A program made the translations under genes and the position numbers. Shown in pieces: positions 11,738 to 24,821 of a stretch of 64,000 bases of DNA (position 1 is the first letter of the stretch; each line of letters starts with the position of its first letter). The notes below the pieces were generated by a model. The model ran no database searches and was not told the DNA's origin. It saw only the letters and a program-made list of their open reading frames with translations. The DNA is from Chiloscyllium plagiosum (Eukaryota), in NCBI RefSeq assembly GCF_004010195.1, contig NC_057718.1, positions 88,464,010-88,528,009 of the forward strand. Reading direction: 5' to 3'.

Positions 11738-13984
11738 GTGGTCAGGGAGTTGCCATGGGGATGCAGCATAGTTTGGTTATTTCTGACCCTTTTGGAACAA
11801 GATGCGATATGTACAAAAGTCTCTAGTTCTGATGACTGCAAGTTGAAAAATGTTGAGTTCTCGTCTCCTTTTCAGCAATGTTGGAGATTTGTAGCAGAGG
11901 ACAGGAGATGTCCCTTGGAATAGGGAGAATGTGGGATTGCTTCCAAGTTTTGAGCTTGTGGAAGATATTATAACATTCCAAGTTAGTGGTGGGTGGATAA
12001 AGGGATGTGGGAATTGGATATTTAATGTTTAAACTATTCTTCTGCATGAAGGGTAAGCCAACACTGATCAACTTGGAGGATTCTTGATTTGTGTAATGTA
12101 TTTGTGTTGGATTTTCTGCACGACTGTGTCCCTCTTCAGTAACCATATTGTCTGTGTGGCACTCCCAGGCTGCTATTTGCCCCCTATCAACCTCTGTGCT
12201 AGAGCTGCAAGTCTTTAGTTTTTCACCTCAGCCTGTGAATTGGGTTAAGTGGCCATTCTGATACTGAATTGGTCCCATTTACTATCAAATACCATTTGAG
12301 GTGTGCTTGTTGGTTAAACCTAGTTCCTTCACTGGGTGCCCTGAAGTGAAATGAAGCCGGTTCCTATGGATACATGTTAGTCCCCTGTGCAATATGGCTG
12401 ACGTTCTTGAATTGCAAGCGGCTTTAAGTGTTTGGCTTTAGAATGTGGGTACCCAGCCAATGGGTTATGGGGGACAAACGCATATTACAAATAAGAGGAA
12501 TGGGGTGTGAGTGTCTGAGCTTCCTAAATTAGCAACAGGATTTCATTGGCATATTATCATAACGTGTCTTAACTACAAATGCATAACATTAGATTGAGAT
12601 GAAGCTGGCAATGTAATGGAGATGGGAATAGTGTTTGTAGTGTTGTTAATGTGAGTTCTAAGCTTCATCTCTGGCAGTGTTGGTGTTTATCTTCACATCA
12701 CATGGTTGTCATGTAAAGGCATGGAGTTGGAGTTAATTTTGGTGTTCCCATCATTGAGTTGAAAATTTCAATTTTGGTTCACCCAGTAATGAATATCAGG
12801 AAAACGGTGACTTTTGTGGACACATTGTGACGGTAGTGGTGAGGGTTAGTGCAAATCACCAAACTCCCTCTCCATTTTGGATGTGAAATGAAAGACCAAG
12901 GATTAGTCCTGGGGGAGCTCAAGGTAAGTGGGTGGGAAGAGGAAGGTATTGTAGTATTGTAACCTGAAAGCCACTTGCAACTAGAGAAGTAAGAATGGAA
13001 CCAGAGTTCAGCAATCCCACCCACTGGAATGATGGTGAAACAGCAATGGAGGCTGCAGACAGGTCCATGAGGGTGAGATTGGTGTAGTCATGTGGGATGC
13101 CATTTGAGACTTTTGGCAGGGTTGGAAAGCTGTGTAGAAGCATTGAGGAAGCATGGATTTCTAGGAGAGATTGGCAGGAGTTTGAGTTACAGCATGTCCC
13201 ATGACTTTGGCCGAGAAGAACAGGTTGGAGTTGGGATGGTGTTTTCAAGGATAGAAGAGCCATGGGTGTCTGGAGTCGGCTGATGAATTATGATGTCAGG
13301 ACTTGAAGAGAGTGAACTGTCGCCACATCCATTTATGTGACGACCAGGGGAGGAAGATGGGAGGTCAATAGTCTTAATGACAATAGGATTTCAAACATCA
13401 GGAGCTGGGTCACTTGGGCTAGAGGAGATCAGAAAGAGAAACTGAAGAAGGATGTAAACTGTATGAGTCAGACAACCTTTTGAGGCAGTGTGGCCTGATG
13501 CATAAGGGTAAGAGAGAGAAGTAACAAGAGACAGGAGATCGGTTAGTCTAAATTTGTTGACACAGTCCGTGAGCTACTCAGGCTTGCTGCTTTAAATTTC
13601 CCTTTTAAGCCTTGCTGAGTGAAATCTGTGCTCTATGCATCCAATAGAGAGAATGACTATAACTTCCACTGGCAGTTCTTTTTTGTGTTGTGTGCTGCCT
13701 TTGTCAAGGGGCTCTGTGATGCTTTAATGCAAAACTTTCCTTAGTGTGTAGGGCCTTCTCAGATGGCAGCCTCCAGGTGTGGTCTGAGCCAACCATCTGC
13801 CCCCTCTTTTGAAGGGGCTTTAGTTAACTTAACCTTGAAGGGGCTGAGGGTGGGGGTGTTGTCACATGATGACTTTGTTTCTGAAGTGTTTTGTTTGAAT
13901 TTCTCTGCAGTTATGTAAATGAGCATGCGGAACATTTACACAGTCAGCATTGTCTGCTTTATTGTCCAGTTTAAATTCTTAGTA

Positions 13985-15135
13985 ATACTTAGTCATCCAG
14001 CAAGGAAACAGACCCTTCAACCCGACTAGTCCACACCGACCAGATATTCTAAATTTAATCTGGTCTGTTTTGCCAGCATTTCTCTCTAACCCTTGGAGAC
14101 AGTAAGGACTGTAGATGCTGGAAGCCAGAGTTAATAGATGTGACGCACAGCAGGGCGAGCAGGAAAGTCGATGTTTTGGGCTGAGACCCTTCGTCAGGAC
14201 TGGGGAGGGGGTGGGGAACCCAGAAATAAATGGGGAGGGAGAGGGCCTGCTGGGGAAGGGTTGGTGATTGGTGGATGCAGTTAGGGGGTTATTGTGATTG
14301 TTTGGTGGAAAGGGGTGGAGTGGATAAATGAGTAGGAAGATGGACAGATTAGGTCAGGTCAGAGAGGCGGGGAGGAGGACTGGACATGGGATAAGGCTCC
14401 AGATGCCTTTTTAAATGTTGTAACTGTACCAGTCTCCACTTCCTCTGGCAACTCATTCCATACACTCACCACCCTCCGCATGAAAATATTGTCCCACCGG
14501 TCCCTTTGGATTCTCTCCTCTCTCACCTTAAAGCTATGCCGACATGGTTTTGGACTCTCCTACCTTGGAGAAAAGACCTTGGCTATTTACCTCATCTACA
14601 TCCCTCATGATTTAATAAATATCTAGAAGATCATCACAAACCACTTACAGTCTAGGGGGGAAAAAAATTTCTAGCCTGTCCGATCTTTATCAACTCAAAT
14701 CCTCCAGTCTCTGTAACATGTAAGTCCTTTTTGCTCTGTTTCCAGTTTATAACATCCTTTCTATAGCAGGGTGACCAGAATGGTACATGGTACTCCAAAT
14801 ATGGCCGTACGAATGTCTTGCACAGCCATAATATGATGGCTCAATGTCTGTACTCCGTGCTCTAACCAGTGAAGGCAAGCGTGCCAAATGCCACCTTCAT
14901 TATCCTGTCTGTGTGAGACTGCTTTCAAGGAAGCATGTACCTGTGCACCTTGTTCTCGCTGATGGACATCACTCCATAGGGCCCTACCATTAACTGTAAT
15001 GCCTGTTCTGGTTTGTCGAACAAAAATGCTCCACCTCCCATTTATCTGAATTAAACTCTATTTGCCATTCCTCAGCCCAGTTGATCAAGATTCTGTCGTA
15101 CTGTGGGATATCTTTCTTCACTGTCCACCGTACCA
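13985..15135 (-). mobile_element. CR1-type LINE fragment interrupted by a PLE
   Basis: CR1 3' tail at ~13990-14090, resuming at ~14398; WAEEWQIEFNSDKWEV. Confidence 0.75.
14094..14397 (-). mobile_element. Penelope-like element 3' fragment
   Basis: gtaaggactgtagatgctgg... The minus strand reads GUC-CUGACGA-A-GGGUCUCAGCCC-AAAACAUC-GAC, a CpG-decayed hammerhead core. Confidence 0.7.
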
Positions 15136-15284
15136 CTGATTTTACTTTCCTCCCCCCAAATGCAATATATAGGTCATATTGTATCTGTAGTGCCTTAGTC
15201 ATATCTCTTAACCTTTTGAATCAGACGGTTATCTGTCTTAAGTCCTGTTCTAGAGACTTTATCATATCATCCAGGATAACACTT

Positions 15285-15465
15285 TATATTAGTGTTGAGG
15301 GACTCCTGGACTGTCAGGTACACCTTTTGAGATCTTAATTAAAGACCCAGTCTGCTGCCTTTTGAGTGTAAAAGATCTTACGGCATTATTTAGAAAAAGG
15401 GCAAAGACCAACATTTATTCTTTAACTAGCATCTCGATTGACAGCTGCATTTTCTTGTGTTGCAG
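15285..15465 (+). mobile_element. Deu-domain SINE-like fragment
   Basis: agtgttgaggga..ctgtcagg..cttttgag..gtaaaagatc..ggcattattt resembles the AmnSINE1/SacSINE1 Deu domain, from recall. Confidence 0.5.
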
Positions 15466-16790
15466 CCATAGAGTCTCTCAGCACGGACTCTTCACTCCAA
15501 CCAGTCCATGCTGACCATAACCCCAAACTAAACTAGTCCCACCTACCTGCGCTTGGCCCATATCTCTCCGAATATTCCATATTCATGAACATATCAACAT
15601 GTCTTTCAAAATGTCATAACTGTATCCATATCCATCACTTCCTCTGGGAGTTCATTCCACACACTGTCCACTTTTTAAAAAACTGTTGCCTTTCATATCT
15701 TTTTAAAATCTTTCTCCTTTCACTTGAAAAATATGCCCCTAGTCTTCAAATTCCCCACCCCAGGGAAAAGACACCTGCCATTCACCTTGCCTATACCTGT
15801 CAAGATTTTATAAACCTCTCGGTTTCCTATGCTCCAATGAGAAAATTCTAGCCTAGCCTTTATAATTCAAACCTTCCATTCCTGGTAAATCTTTTCTGAA
15901 CCTCTCCAGCTTAATACCATCTTTCCTATAAGAGGTTGCAGTGGCTCAGTGGTTAGCACTGCTGCCTCACCTCACCAGGCACCTGGGTTCGATTCCAGCC
16001 TTGGGTGACTGACTCTGTGTGGAGTTTGCACATTCTCCCTGTGTCTGCTTGGGTTTCCTCCCACAATCCAAAGATGTGCAGGTTAGATGGATTGCTAAAT
16101 GGCCCATAGTGGCCAGGAGGGGTATGTAGGTTAGGTAAATTAACAGTGGGGAATGCAGAGTAGGTCTGGATGGGATGCTTTTCAGAGGGTCAGTGTGGAC
16201 CAGATGGACCGAATGATCTGTGTCCACACTGCAGGGATTCTGTGGTTCTAGGGCAACCAGAACCGTGCACAATACTCCAGAAGAGGTCACCCCAATATCC
16301 TATGCAATCTTGACATGACGTTCCAACTCCTAAACTCAAATGAAGGTAAGCATGCTAAACTCTGCCTTAACCAGCCTGTCTACGTGTGATGCAAATTCCA
16401 AAGGATTATGTGCCTGACCCTCCCAAGTCTCTCTGTTCTACAACACTACCCAGGGCCCTACCATTAATTGTAGAAGCCCACGTTTGGTTTTACCAAATGC
16501 AATACCTTGCGTTTTCCAAATTAAACTCCATTTGCCACTCAGCCCATTGACAAAATTGATCAAGGTCTTTGTCATCTCAGAGAACCACCTTCACTGTCTA
16601 TTGTTCAACCAATTTTGGTGTTATCTACAAATGTGCTAACCATGCCTTCTATATTTTCATCTAAATCATTTACATAAACAACAAACAAAAGTGGACCCAC
16701 CACTGATCCCTGTGGAACTCCTCTGCTAACAGGCCTCTGATCCAAAAATCCATCACTGTGCCTCCAACTGTTAAACCAATTTTGTATCTG
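15466..16790 (-). mobile_element. CR1-type LINE fragment with a nested SINE
   Basis: PVSRGVPQGSVVGPLLFVVYVNDLDENIEGMVSTFVDNTKIG; CR1 3' tail near 15470-15560. Confidence 0.85.
15933..16248 (+). mobile_element. HE1/V-SINE type SINE nested in CR1
   Basis: gtggctcagtggttagcactgctgcctcac..ggttcgattccagcc; same family as 8342. Confidence 0.8.
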
Positions 16791-16884
16791 TAACCCCACG
16801 TCTGAAATAAATCAATTTGCATTGATGGTTATAAGACAGTATCCAAATGCAACTCTGTTTGTATTTTCTGGATGAGCAAAGAAT

Positions 16885-17600
16885 TAAGTTAGAGCTGAAA
16901 CTGTGTTGCTGGAAAAGCGCAGCAGGTCAGGCAGCATCCAGGGAACAGGAGAATCAGGCAGCATCCAGGGAACAGGAGAATCGACGTTTCGGGCATAAGC
17001 CCTTTTCAGGAATGAGGAACGTTTGTCCAGCAGGCTAAGATAAAAGGTAGGGAGGAGGGACTCGGGGGAGGGGCGTCGGAAATGTGATAGGTGGAAAAAG
17101 GTCAAGGTGAGGGTGATAGGTCAGACTGGGGTGGGGGCGGAGAGGTTAGGAAGAAGATTGCAGGTTAGGAAGGCGATGCTGAATTCGATGGATTTGACTG
17201 AGACAAGGTGGGGGGAGGGGAAATGAGGAAACTGGTGAAATCCGAGTTCATCCCTTGTGGTTGGAGGGTTCCTAGGCGGAAGATGAGGCGCTCTTCCTCC
17301 AACCGTCGTGTTTTTGTGGTCTGGCAATGGAGGAGTCCAAAGACCTGCATATCCTTGGTGGAGTGGGAGGGGGAGTTGAAGTGTTGAGCCACAGGGTGGT
17401 TGAGTTGGTTGGTCCGGGTGTCCCAGAGGTGTTCTCTGAAACGCTCCGCAAGTAGGTGGCCTGTCTCCCCAATATAGAGGAGGCCACATCGGGTGCAGAG
17501 GATGCAATAGATGGTGTGTGGAGGTGCAGGTGAATCTGTGGCGGATATGGAAGTTTCCTTTGGGGCCTTGGAGGGAGGTGAGGGGGGAGGTGTGGGCTTA
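16885..17600 (-). mobile_element. Penelope-like element, 5'-truncated: GIY-YIG endonuclease C-terminus plus pLTR
   Basis: IYCILCTRCGLLYIGETGHLLAERFREH..PVAQHFNS..EERLIFRLGTLQPQGMN. The hammerhead core has lost G8 (CUGAAAAGGG). A 27-bp tandem duplication lies at ~16928-16981. Confidence 0.92.
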
Positions 17601-20060
17601 GTCTCTTCTGTGGGATTTGGATGGATTTTTCTTAGTATGTAGTTGTTTAAAGCTTCAGAACCCTTGACTGGATGGCCCCCAGTGCCAGACTGGAGGATAG
17701 TGTCTCTTGAATGAAAATTCCAAAAGACTTTTAAGAAATTGGATAAGGAAAATTTAAGTATTTTCAGAAGCCTTCCCTTCCAACTGAGCCTGACCACCTC
17801 CTTTAAAATAGTCCAAATTGATGAGGGTTAAGGTAAAGTTGTTTTAAGTTATTCCCTTCCCCCACCCAAAACAAAGGCCGTGTCAAAGCTCACCTTTTCA
17901 GAATATGAGCTTAGTTGTAAGTGAATCTCAAGGTCCATGCCTGGTCCTTTCTGTAACCTAACCCATGACCTTGATTGTGACGACATCAAAAGGATGGTTT
18001 CAGCACTGCTTAGTAGTCAGTGAAATGGGAAGGACTGCAATGCAGAGCCTGGGTACTGAACTGGGAGTGGAGACTGGTGCGCAGAGTTTAGTATGCCCCT
18101 GAAGAGCATCTTTTATGATGACTTGAACTGCTGCAGAATGTTGCTGTTTGTTGCGGTGCTTGTCAGATGAACTTGCAATCACAGTTGTGATGATTCCTGA
18201 AGGTGAGTAGGGTTTCAGCTGGAAGGGTACAGAGCCTGCTGCTATTGCTCAACCGGTACGGTTATTTTAAAATTTTAAATATAGTGTCTGTAGAGAGCTT
18301 TGCAGGATTTCAAAATTTGCATCTCCCAACTGGAAAGATGTAAAGAAACTGTGTGGTAGGTAGGAAAAAACAGGCTTGTCCTATTTCTGAAGTTGTTGGC
18401 TAATACAAGACAGTGACAGGTGACCTTTTTGTTTGTTTGGTATAAAAAGCATTTGTGCTCTTTGCAGAAGCTACAGTTGTGGAACTGCACAGTACAAGTG
18501 CTGACTGTGTACAGTATGGATTGTCTCAATTACAGTTGCCAGAGTGAGGGGGTGTAGCCTTCAAAAGGGTATCTCTGGCCTACACCTTTTAGATCTGTTA
18601 GGTAATTTGATTAAATTTAGAATGCCACCATCAATCATGTGCATCCATGCATATTGTGTATTCAAAGTTTCTTCTCTCCTGCTCTTTGACTCTGTTCTGG
18701 GGAAGTGTCCTGTGTGTTTATCTTCTACTGTTGTGTATTTTCATCTATTTTATTTCCTTTGGCTTTGCCAGTTGCCCCTCCATTTCTTCCCAAGACTGTT
18801 TGTTTGTTTTTTCTTTCTGTCTGTCTCTCTAACCTGTTTGGTTTCTTGGACACATGAGGGCTAAAACTTCCTCACCCCCAACTTCTAGCACCTGATAGAT
18901 TCCACTGCTTCCAGGTTGCAAGACCCTTTTTTAATATTATGGTTCCCTCCCGCTCCCCCTCTTTTCCTCATGTCTCTCCTCTCTCACTTCCTCTGTTTCC
19001 TGTTCTATGGTATAGCACTCTCTTCACCAAGATTAATGGACAGTAATTATAATCTGCTTTTTACCATGTTCTGGGACACTTTCTCATAAATGCTAATGAG
19101 AGAGTGGTCTTTGAGAGTAAAATTAAAGCATTACATTTGCAGTAATCCTTGCAATGTTCTTTATGACCACAGCAACAGGAGGCAGTGATTTAACCCACTC
19201 TGCCTGTTAACCATTTGGTGAGATCACAACTGATCTGCAACTTCATTTCATATACCTAAAGCAACTAAACCTTTTTGGTTAATGAAAAGGTATCAGTGTC
19301 TGATTTTAAAATTTCAGTCACCTAGCAGTAACTGTTGTTTTGGGAGGAGTTCCAAACTTCTTCTATCTTTTTTTTTGTCAAAATGGTTCCTAATTCTGTC
19401 CCTGGAAGATCAGGCCCCAGTTTATATCCTTTACCTTCTGTCCTTAAATAATAAAGTGAAATGTGCAGTTTCCAATCTAGAGGAATTATTCCCAAGTTGA
19501 GTTTGGGAAGATTAGCATTAGGGTGACTGCAATGCTCTCTACTTTTTAAACTTATCTGGTCCTTTGGATTGTCATTTCTATGCATTTTGTTTGGTGAGCT
19601 TCTGTCCCTGATTGTGTTAGTTTTCTTGGGGTGCCTGGTGTGCTGATGTTGCCCTGTGTTTTAAGTAATGATGCAGAGTAAATATTCAACATGTTCACCT
19701 CTTCCTCGCTCTCAATGACAATGCCACTCGATTTTGAAGGGCGCTGCATTGCTCCTGACCAGCCTTATTTGGCAAGGCAATGGTACATTCCTTTTATAGT
19801 TTTTGTTGTTCCTTAAATTACTCCTCCCTATTCTGTCTTTCTGGAGTGTTTTTTTTTGACGAGCAGGGCACCCTTGACCTTTAGTGTACACTGGTTCTCA
19901 TTTATTCACATTTTTTAAATGTTTCCCACTGACCTGTCATTTGGCCCATTTGATTTGCCCAATTTATTGTTGACACAAAATTCACTTTTTAAAGTGAGCA
20001 TCGGGCAATAGGAGACTTCCTCCATCCAGCCTGATCCCCTGATTGAAAATGGATTGACAA

Positions 20061-20578
20061 TGTTATGGGCCAGACCAAGCCCCCTCAAACTGTACAGAAA
20101 ATCATCTAGACCCTAGCTGCTGCTTATTCTATAGGTAAATAGAAGCTATTGCATTCCAGATGCTATTCAATTGGTCAAACTACTGGATTTAAAGCAAAAT
20201 GCACTTTATTCATTCACTCTAGTTAAAATACAGCAAAAGCAAGCAATTGGAATAACTCCATTAGAAAACATAACAGAATAAGAGCTACATTAATTATTAC
20301 TAATTAACTGTTCCAATATAGTAACATCCCATAAACACTCCCTTGGCAAAAACGCAAATTCAGAACAGATTGGCAAATTCAGAACAGATTGTTGCAGGCA
20401 GTTAGAGATTTTGGCTGTAATTGAGGGGGCAAGAATAGCTTTCACCTCTTCAAGACCCTCTACAGCAACTGCTTCACAAGTTGTTCATGTTTTCATAAGA
20501 CTGTTTGGCACCTGTCCCTTAAAACCTCTTTTAAAGAAACAAGACAAAATAACCTCTTAAAGCCACAGCATTGTCACA
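20061..20578 (-). mobile_element. Solo LTR (TG...CA) with 4-bp TSD
   Basis: Begins TGTTAT and ends GTCACA, with ACAA on both sides (20057-20060 and 20579-20582). A minus-strand AATAAA is at ~20205-20210. Confidence 0.6.
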
Positions 20579-21149
20579 ACAACATACTGTGCACATACCA
20601 ACAACTTTAATTGATGTGGGTGCTAGAAATCTGAAACTGAATGCCAGAGAGAAACTCTTTTGGCAGTGTCTGTGGAGAGAGAAACGGTAAACATTTGTTG
20701 AGTCTGGTTTGACTTTTCAGAACTAATAGTCTTATAAATAGTGCTGGGAATTACCTCAGCTGCTGAGGTTGTGTACAGGTTAAAGTACATCCATAATGGT
20801 TTCTCCCCTTCCATTATCACTCTCCGTTCCTCCAGCCGCACAACTATCTAAAACTGCACACTCCTCACTCCCTTTACTCAACTTCTGAAATGTCTTCCAG
20901 AAAACTTTTTTTTTGAAAAAGAAACATCTCTCCTAGTGTCTCTTTCAGCTTAACTTGTCTGTTTACCTCTTGTTATAAATTGCCTTCAGAGTTTTTTTTG
21001 TTAAAGGCGCTATCTAAATGCAAGGTTGGATGTGGGTGGTGTGCTACTGTAAATATTAGCTTGACCTTATATATAAGTCAATTTGTACCAATACTATTGG
21101 GATTGTTAGCAATGACCATAACATTTATGTATATAGCTTTTTTTTGATA

Positions 21150-22090
21150 TGACTGAAATGGTTGAAGTTGTGCAAACAGATTTTCTAAAGGTGTTTGAAG
21201 TATCACAATAAACCTCTTTGCAAAATTAAAACCTAAATGATTAAGTTGACCTTGCACAACTGGGCAAAGAATAGAAAGCAGAGCGAAAGCAGTGAATGAT
21301 TTTCAGACTGGAGAGGGTGCACCATGTTCCAAGGGTGGAGATTGAGCTCCGTTATCCTTGATATGAGTAATGACCCAGACTTGCGTGTGCATGGCATAAT
21401 TTCAAGACGTGCAGTTAAGTGAGGGATTCAGAACAGATTTCAATGCATTGACTGTTCAGATGGGCAGACCCGTGACAGATGGGATTTGTTAGGAAGATTT
21501 GAAGAGAGGGAGTACGAATTCAGTTGTATCCTTTTAAGAATTACATGAACTGCAAGATATACAGATAACTGTACACAAGTTTTGAAACTGACTGTTAGAG
21601 CAGATAGAATCCCTGGTTTTAGAAGGTTTAGGTTGAAGACTAAAGCAAGGAAGTTATGATATTCACTTAACAGATTTAGGCCTCAGACAGAGCACTGTGT
21701 ATTTAGTTCTGGACATTGTTTCAGGAAGGTGTTTGAGGTTTTGGAAAGATATACAGAAGAATGATCAAAGAATGGAACCTAGGCTAAGAGATCTCAGCAA
21801 TTTAGAGGTTGGGGATTTCCTTTGGTGTAGGCGAAGGTAGGAAGAGATTTTGGCAGTAGCTCAAACATCTTGAATAATACAGGTAGAGTATATTGTGTGT
21901 GGCAGAAGGGTCAGTGACCAGAGGACAGATTTAGGGATGGTGGAAGCAAATTCAGTAGCAACTTTGAAAAGAGAATTGGATAAATAGTTGATGGAAAAAG
22001 AATCGCTGACCTGTGGGGATAGTGAAGGGGAGGGAGACTCCTCTGAAAGTTGCTATAGATCCAGTGGACCCAGTTGGCATCACTTGTATC
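21150..22090 (+). mobile_element. Ancient CR1-like LINE fragment
   Basis: Degenerate RT and 3' motifs (gattttctaaaggtgtttga, ttttcagactggag, ctttgaaaagagaattggataaa). Confidence 0.55.
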
Positions 22091-22439
22091 CTTCCATAAT
22101 TTGTGTTAACAGCCTTAAAGTCACACAACTGAAGGAGACTTTGAGGCAAGATTCTGTGCAGCAAAGCTAGGATGCTCTTAATAACTAAAGGATTACTTTC
22201 CTGTGGCTGTTGACTGGATAGGAGACAAGCATTAGCTGAGCAGAGGGTTGTGGGAGCTCACTGGGTGGGGATCGAAGAAAGGTCTTGATGATAAGGGTAA
22301 ACGATTTGAAATACTGCCCCTGGATCACAAGGTATTGATAGAGGGGTCCAGTGTTTGGAGTAATAGGAGCAGCAGGACAATGTAAACAAGTGATGGAACT
22401 CCATTGGGAATATGAAGGTGCTGGGGTGATCAGCAATTA

Positions 22440-23440
22440 GATGGAACTTTTACAATGCAAGTTCACTTTTAGATATGCCTGTTCCTGGCATGCCTTCCTA
22501 CGATCTCCATTGAAACAGTGTTGATCTCCTTGCTTGGCAGTAGTAGTGATTGTTTTTGGGAGGTGTATGCCAGACCATGAGATTACAGATTGTGTTGGGG
22601 TATGATTCTGTTGATGGCCCACATTGCCTCATGGATGCCCAGTCTTGAGTTCCTAGATCTGTTTTAAGTTTAGCATGGCGATGGTGATATGATAGAATGT
22701 GAAGGCAGGGCTTTGGAGAAGGACTGTGCAGTGGTCACTCTTACCAATACTATCATGGAGAGATGCATCTACGGCTGGCGTATTGATGAGGGTAAGGTCA
22801 AGTATGCTTTTCCCTCTTGGTGTCCTCACCACCTATCTCAGATCCGGTCTAGGAGCTATATCCTTTATGACCTGACCAACTTGATCAGTTGTGCTGCTGC
22901 TGAGCCACTCTTGGTAGTGGACATTGGTTGGGGTATTTGAGTGCATTTTGCACCCTAGCCACCCTTGGTGCTTTCTCCAAATGTTGTTCAACATGGAGAA
23001 GTATTGATTCATTAACTGATGGGGAAGTGGGGGAGGTGTGCAGGGGGGAGGGATTGGTAGCAGTACTAATCAGCAAGAAGTTTCCTTGCCCATGTATGAC
23101 CTGATACCATGAAGGCATCTGGAATCAATATTGAGGATCTCCAGGGCAGTACTCTCTATTGTATTGTCATCACTGCTGGACCTGTCCTGCCCAGGAGTGG
23201 TGATAGTGTCTGGGACATTTTGTCAGGTATGATTCCTGTGAGGATGACTGGGTTAGGCTCCTGCTTGACTCGTCTGCAAGGTAGCTGTCCCATTTTTGGC
23301 AATAGCCTTCGGGTTTTGGGAGACGATTGTTGTCTTGACAGGGCTGTATTTGCCATTTTTGTGCCTACGTTGATGCCAGCTAGTCTGGCTGTTAACAACT
23401 GCTGGCTTGTTAAGCTGTTGCAGAGTGCTGTTTAGTCCAC
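22440..23440 (-). mobile_element. Old LINE (CR1/L2-group) fragment
   Basis: Degenerate endonuclease-region sequence related to the family at 36690-38340. Confidence 0.45.
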
Positions 23441-23969
23441 CATGTTGCTGCAGTCCCAAGGTGAAACGTTTTGACGGTCATGAGTCTTCAGAACTCTCTA
23501 CTTCCACCACCACCACCTGAGGAAGAGTTTTGGCATTTTTAAAGTGGGTGGATCGATTATGGTGAGCACGAAGTGAAACGTCATCGATATAGCTGGGAAT
23601 GTGAATTTGAGGTTGCAGTCAGATCAGGCTCAAGGGTTGAAGTGGCCTGCTCATACTGTTTGAATGAGCGTCTTGCTGGATACTGTTGCAATTAGGCCTG
23701 GCAGAACTAACTGTACAAACATCTTAGAGCCCTACTTGCTTGGGGGAATGAAATCTGGAAAGGCTGGCTCTCTGCTGGAAAATTGGCTAGATTGAATCTC
23801 CAAAATTTGGAAACAGCAAAATATTTAAACAATTTTTTAAAATCAAAGTGAAACCTTTTGTTCCACCTTAAACAAGGGTTTGGAGGTAGTTCGGCAACAA
23901 GGGGTGATGATTGCGGCTTAAATCTTTAATTGGATGGTTTGGTTTGGGGGGAAAAATGTTGACTACATA

Positions 23970-24755
23970 GCATCGTGGAGATGTACAGCATGGAAACAAC
24001 AGACCCTTTGGTCCACTTCGTCCATGCTGACCAGAGATCCCAACCCAATCTAGTCGGACCTGGCCCCATATCCCTTCCTATTCTTATACCCATCCAGATG
24101 CCTTTTAAATTGCCTGTAATTGTACCAGCCTCCACACTTCCTCTGGCAGCTCATTCTGTACACGTGCCACCCTCTGAGTGAAAAAGTTGCCCCTTAGGTC
24201 CCTTTTATATCTTTCCCGTCTCACCCTAAACCTATGCCCTCTAGTTCTGAATTTCCCCATGCCAGGGAAAAGACTTTGTCTATTTATCCATGCCCCTCGT
24301 AATTTTAAAAACCTCTATAAGGTCACCCTCAGCCTCCGACGTACCAGGGAAAACTGCCCCAGCCTGTTCAGCCTCTCCCTATAGCTCAAATCCTCCAACC
24401 CTGACAACATCCTTGTAAATCTTTTCTGAACCCTTTCACGTTTCATAACATATTTCTGATAGGAAGGAGACCAGAATTGCATGCAGTATTCCAACAGTGG
24501 CCTAACTAATGTCCTGTACAACATGACCTCCCAACTCCTACACTCAATACTCTGACCAATAAAAGAAAGCATATCAAATGCTGCCTTCACTATCCTAATC
24601 TCCTTGAAAATGGAGTCACAGGTAGCTATGAACCTGCACTCCAAAGTCTTTGTTCAGCAACCCTCCCTAGGATCTTACCATTAAGCATACAAGTCCTGCT
24701 AAGATTTGCTTTCCCAAAATGCAGCACCTCACATTTTATCCAAATTAAACTACTA
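23970..24755 (-). mobile_element. CR1/HER1-type LINE 3' fragment just upstream of the AKAP12 acceptor
   Basis: LYRTLVRPLLEYCMQFWSP..ERVQKRFTRML..RERLNRLG. Confidence 0.9.
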
Positions 24756-24821
24756 CTTTCTCTTGACACTGAATCAGATTCTATTTTGATACTTACCTTT
24801 TTGAATCTTTTCTATTTGCAG

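Noticed and set aside
17165..17797. GIY-YIG ORF as a domesticated nuclease gene
   Set aside because: It is a 5'-truncated Penelope copy; the ORF's N-terminal part is unrelated flanking DNA.
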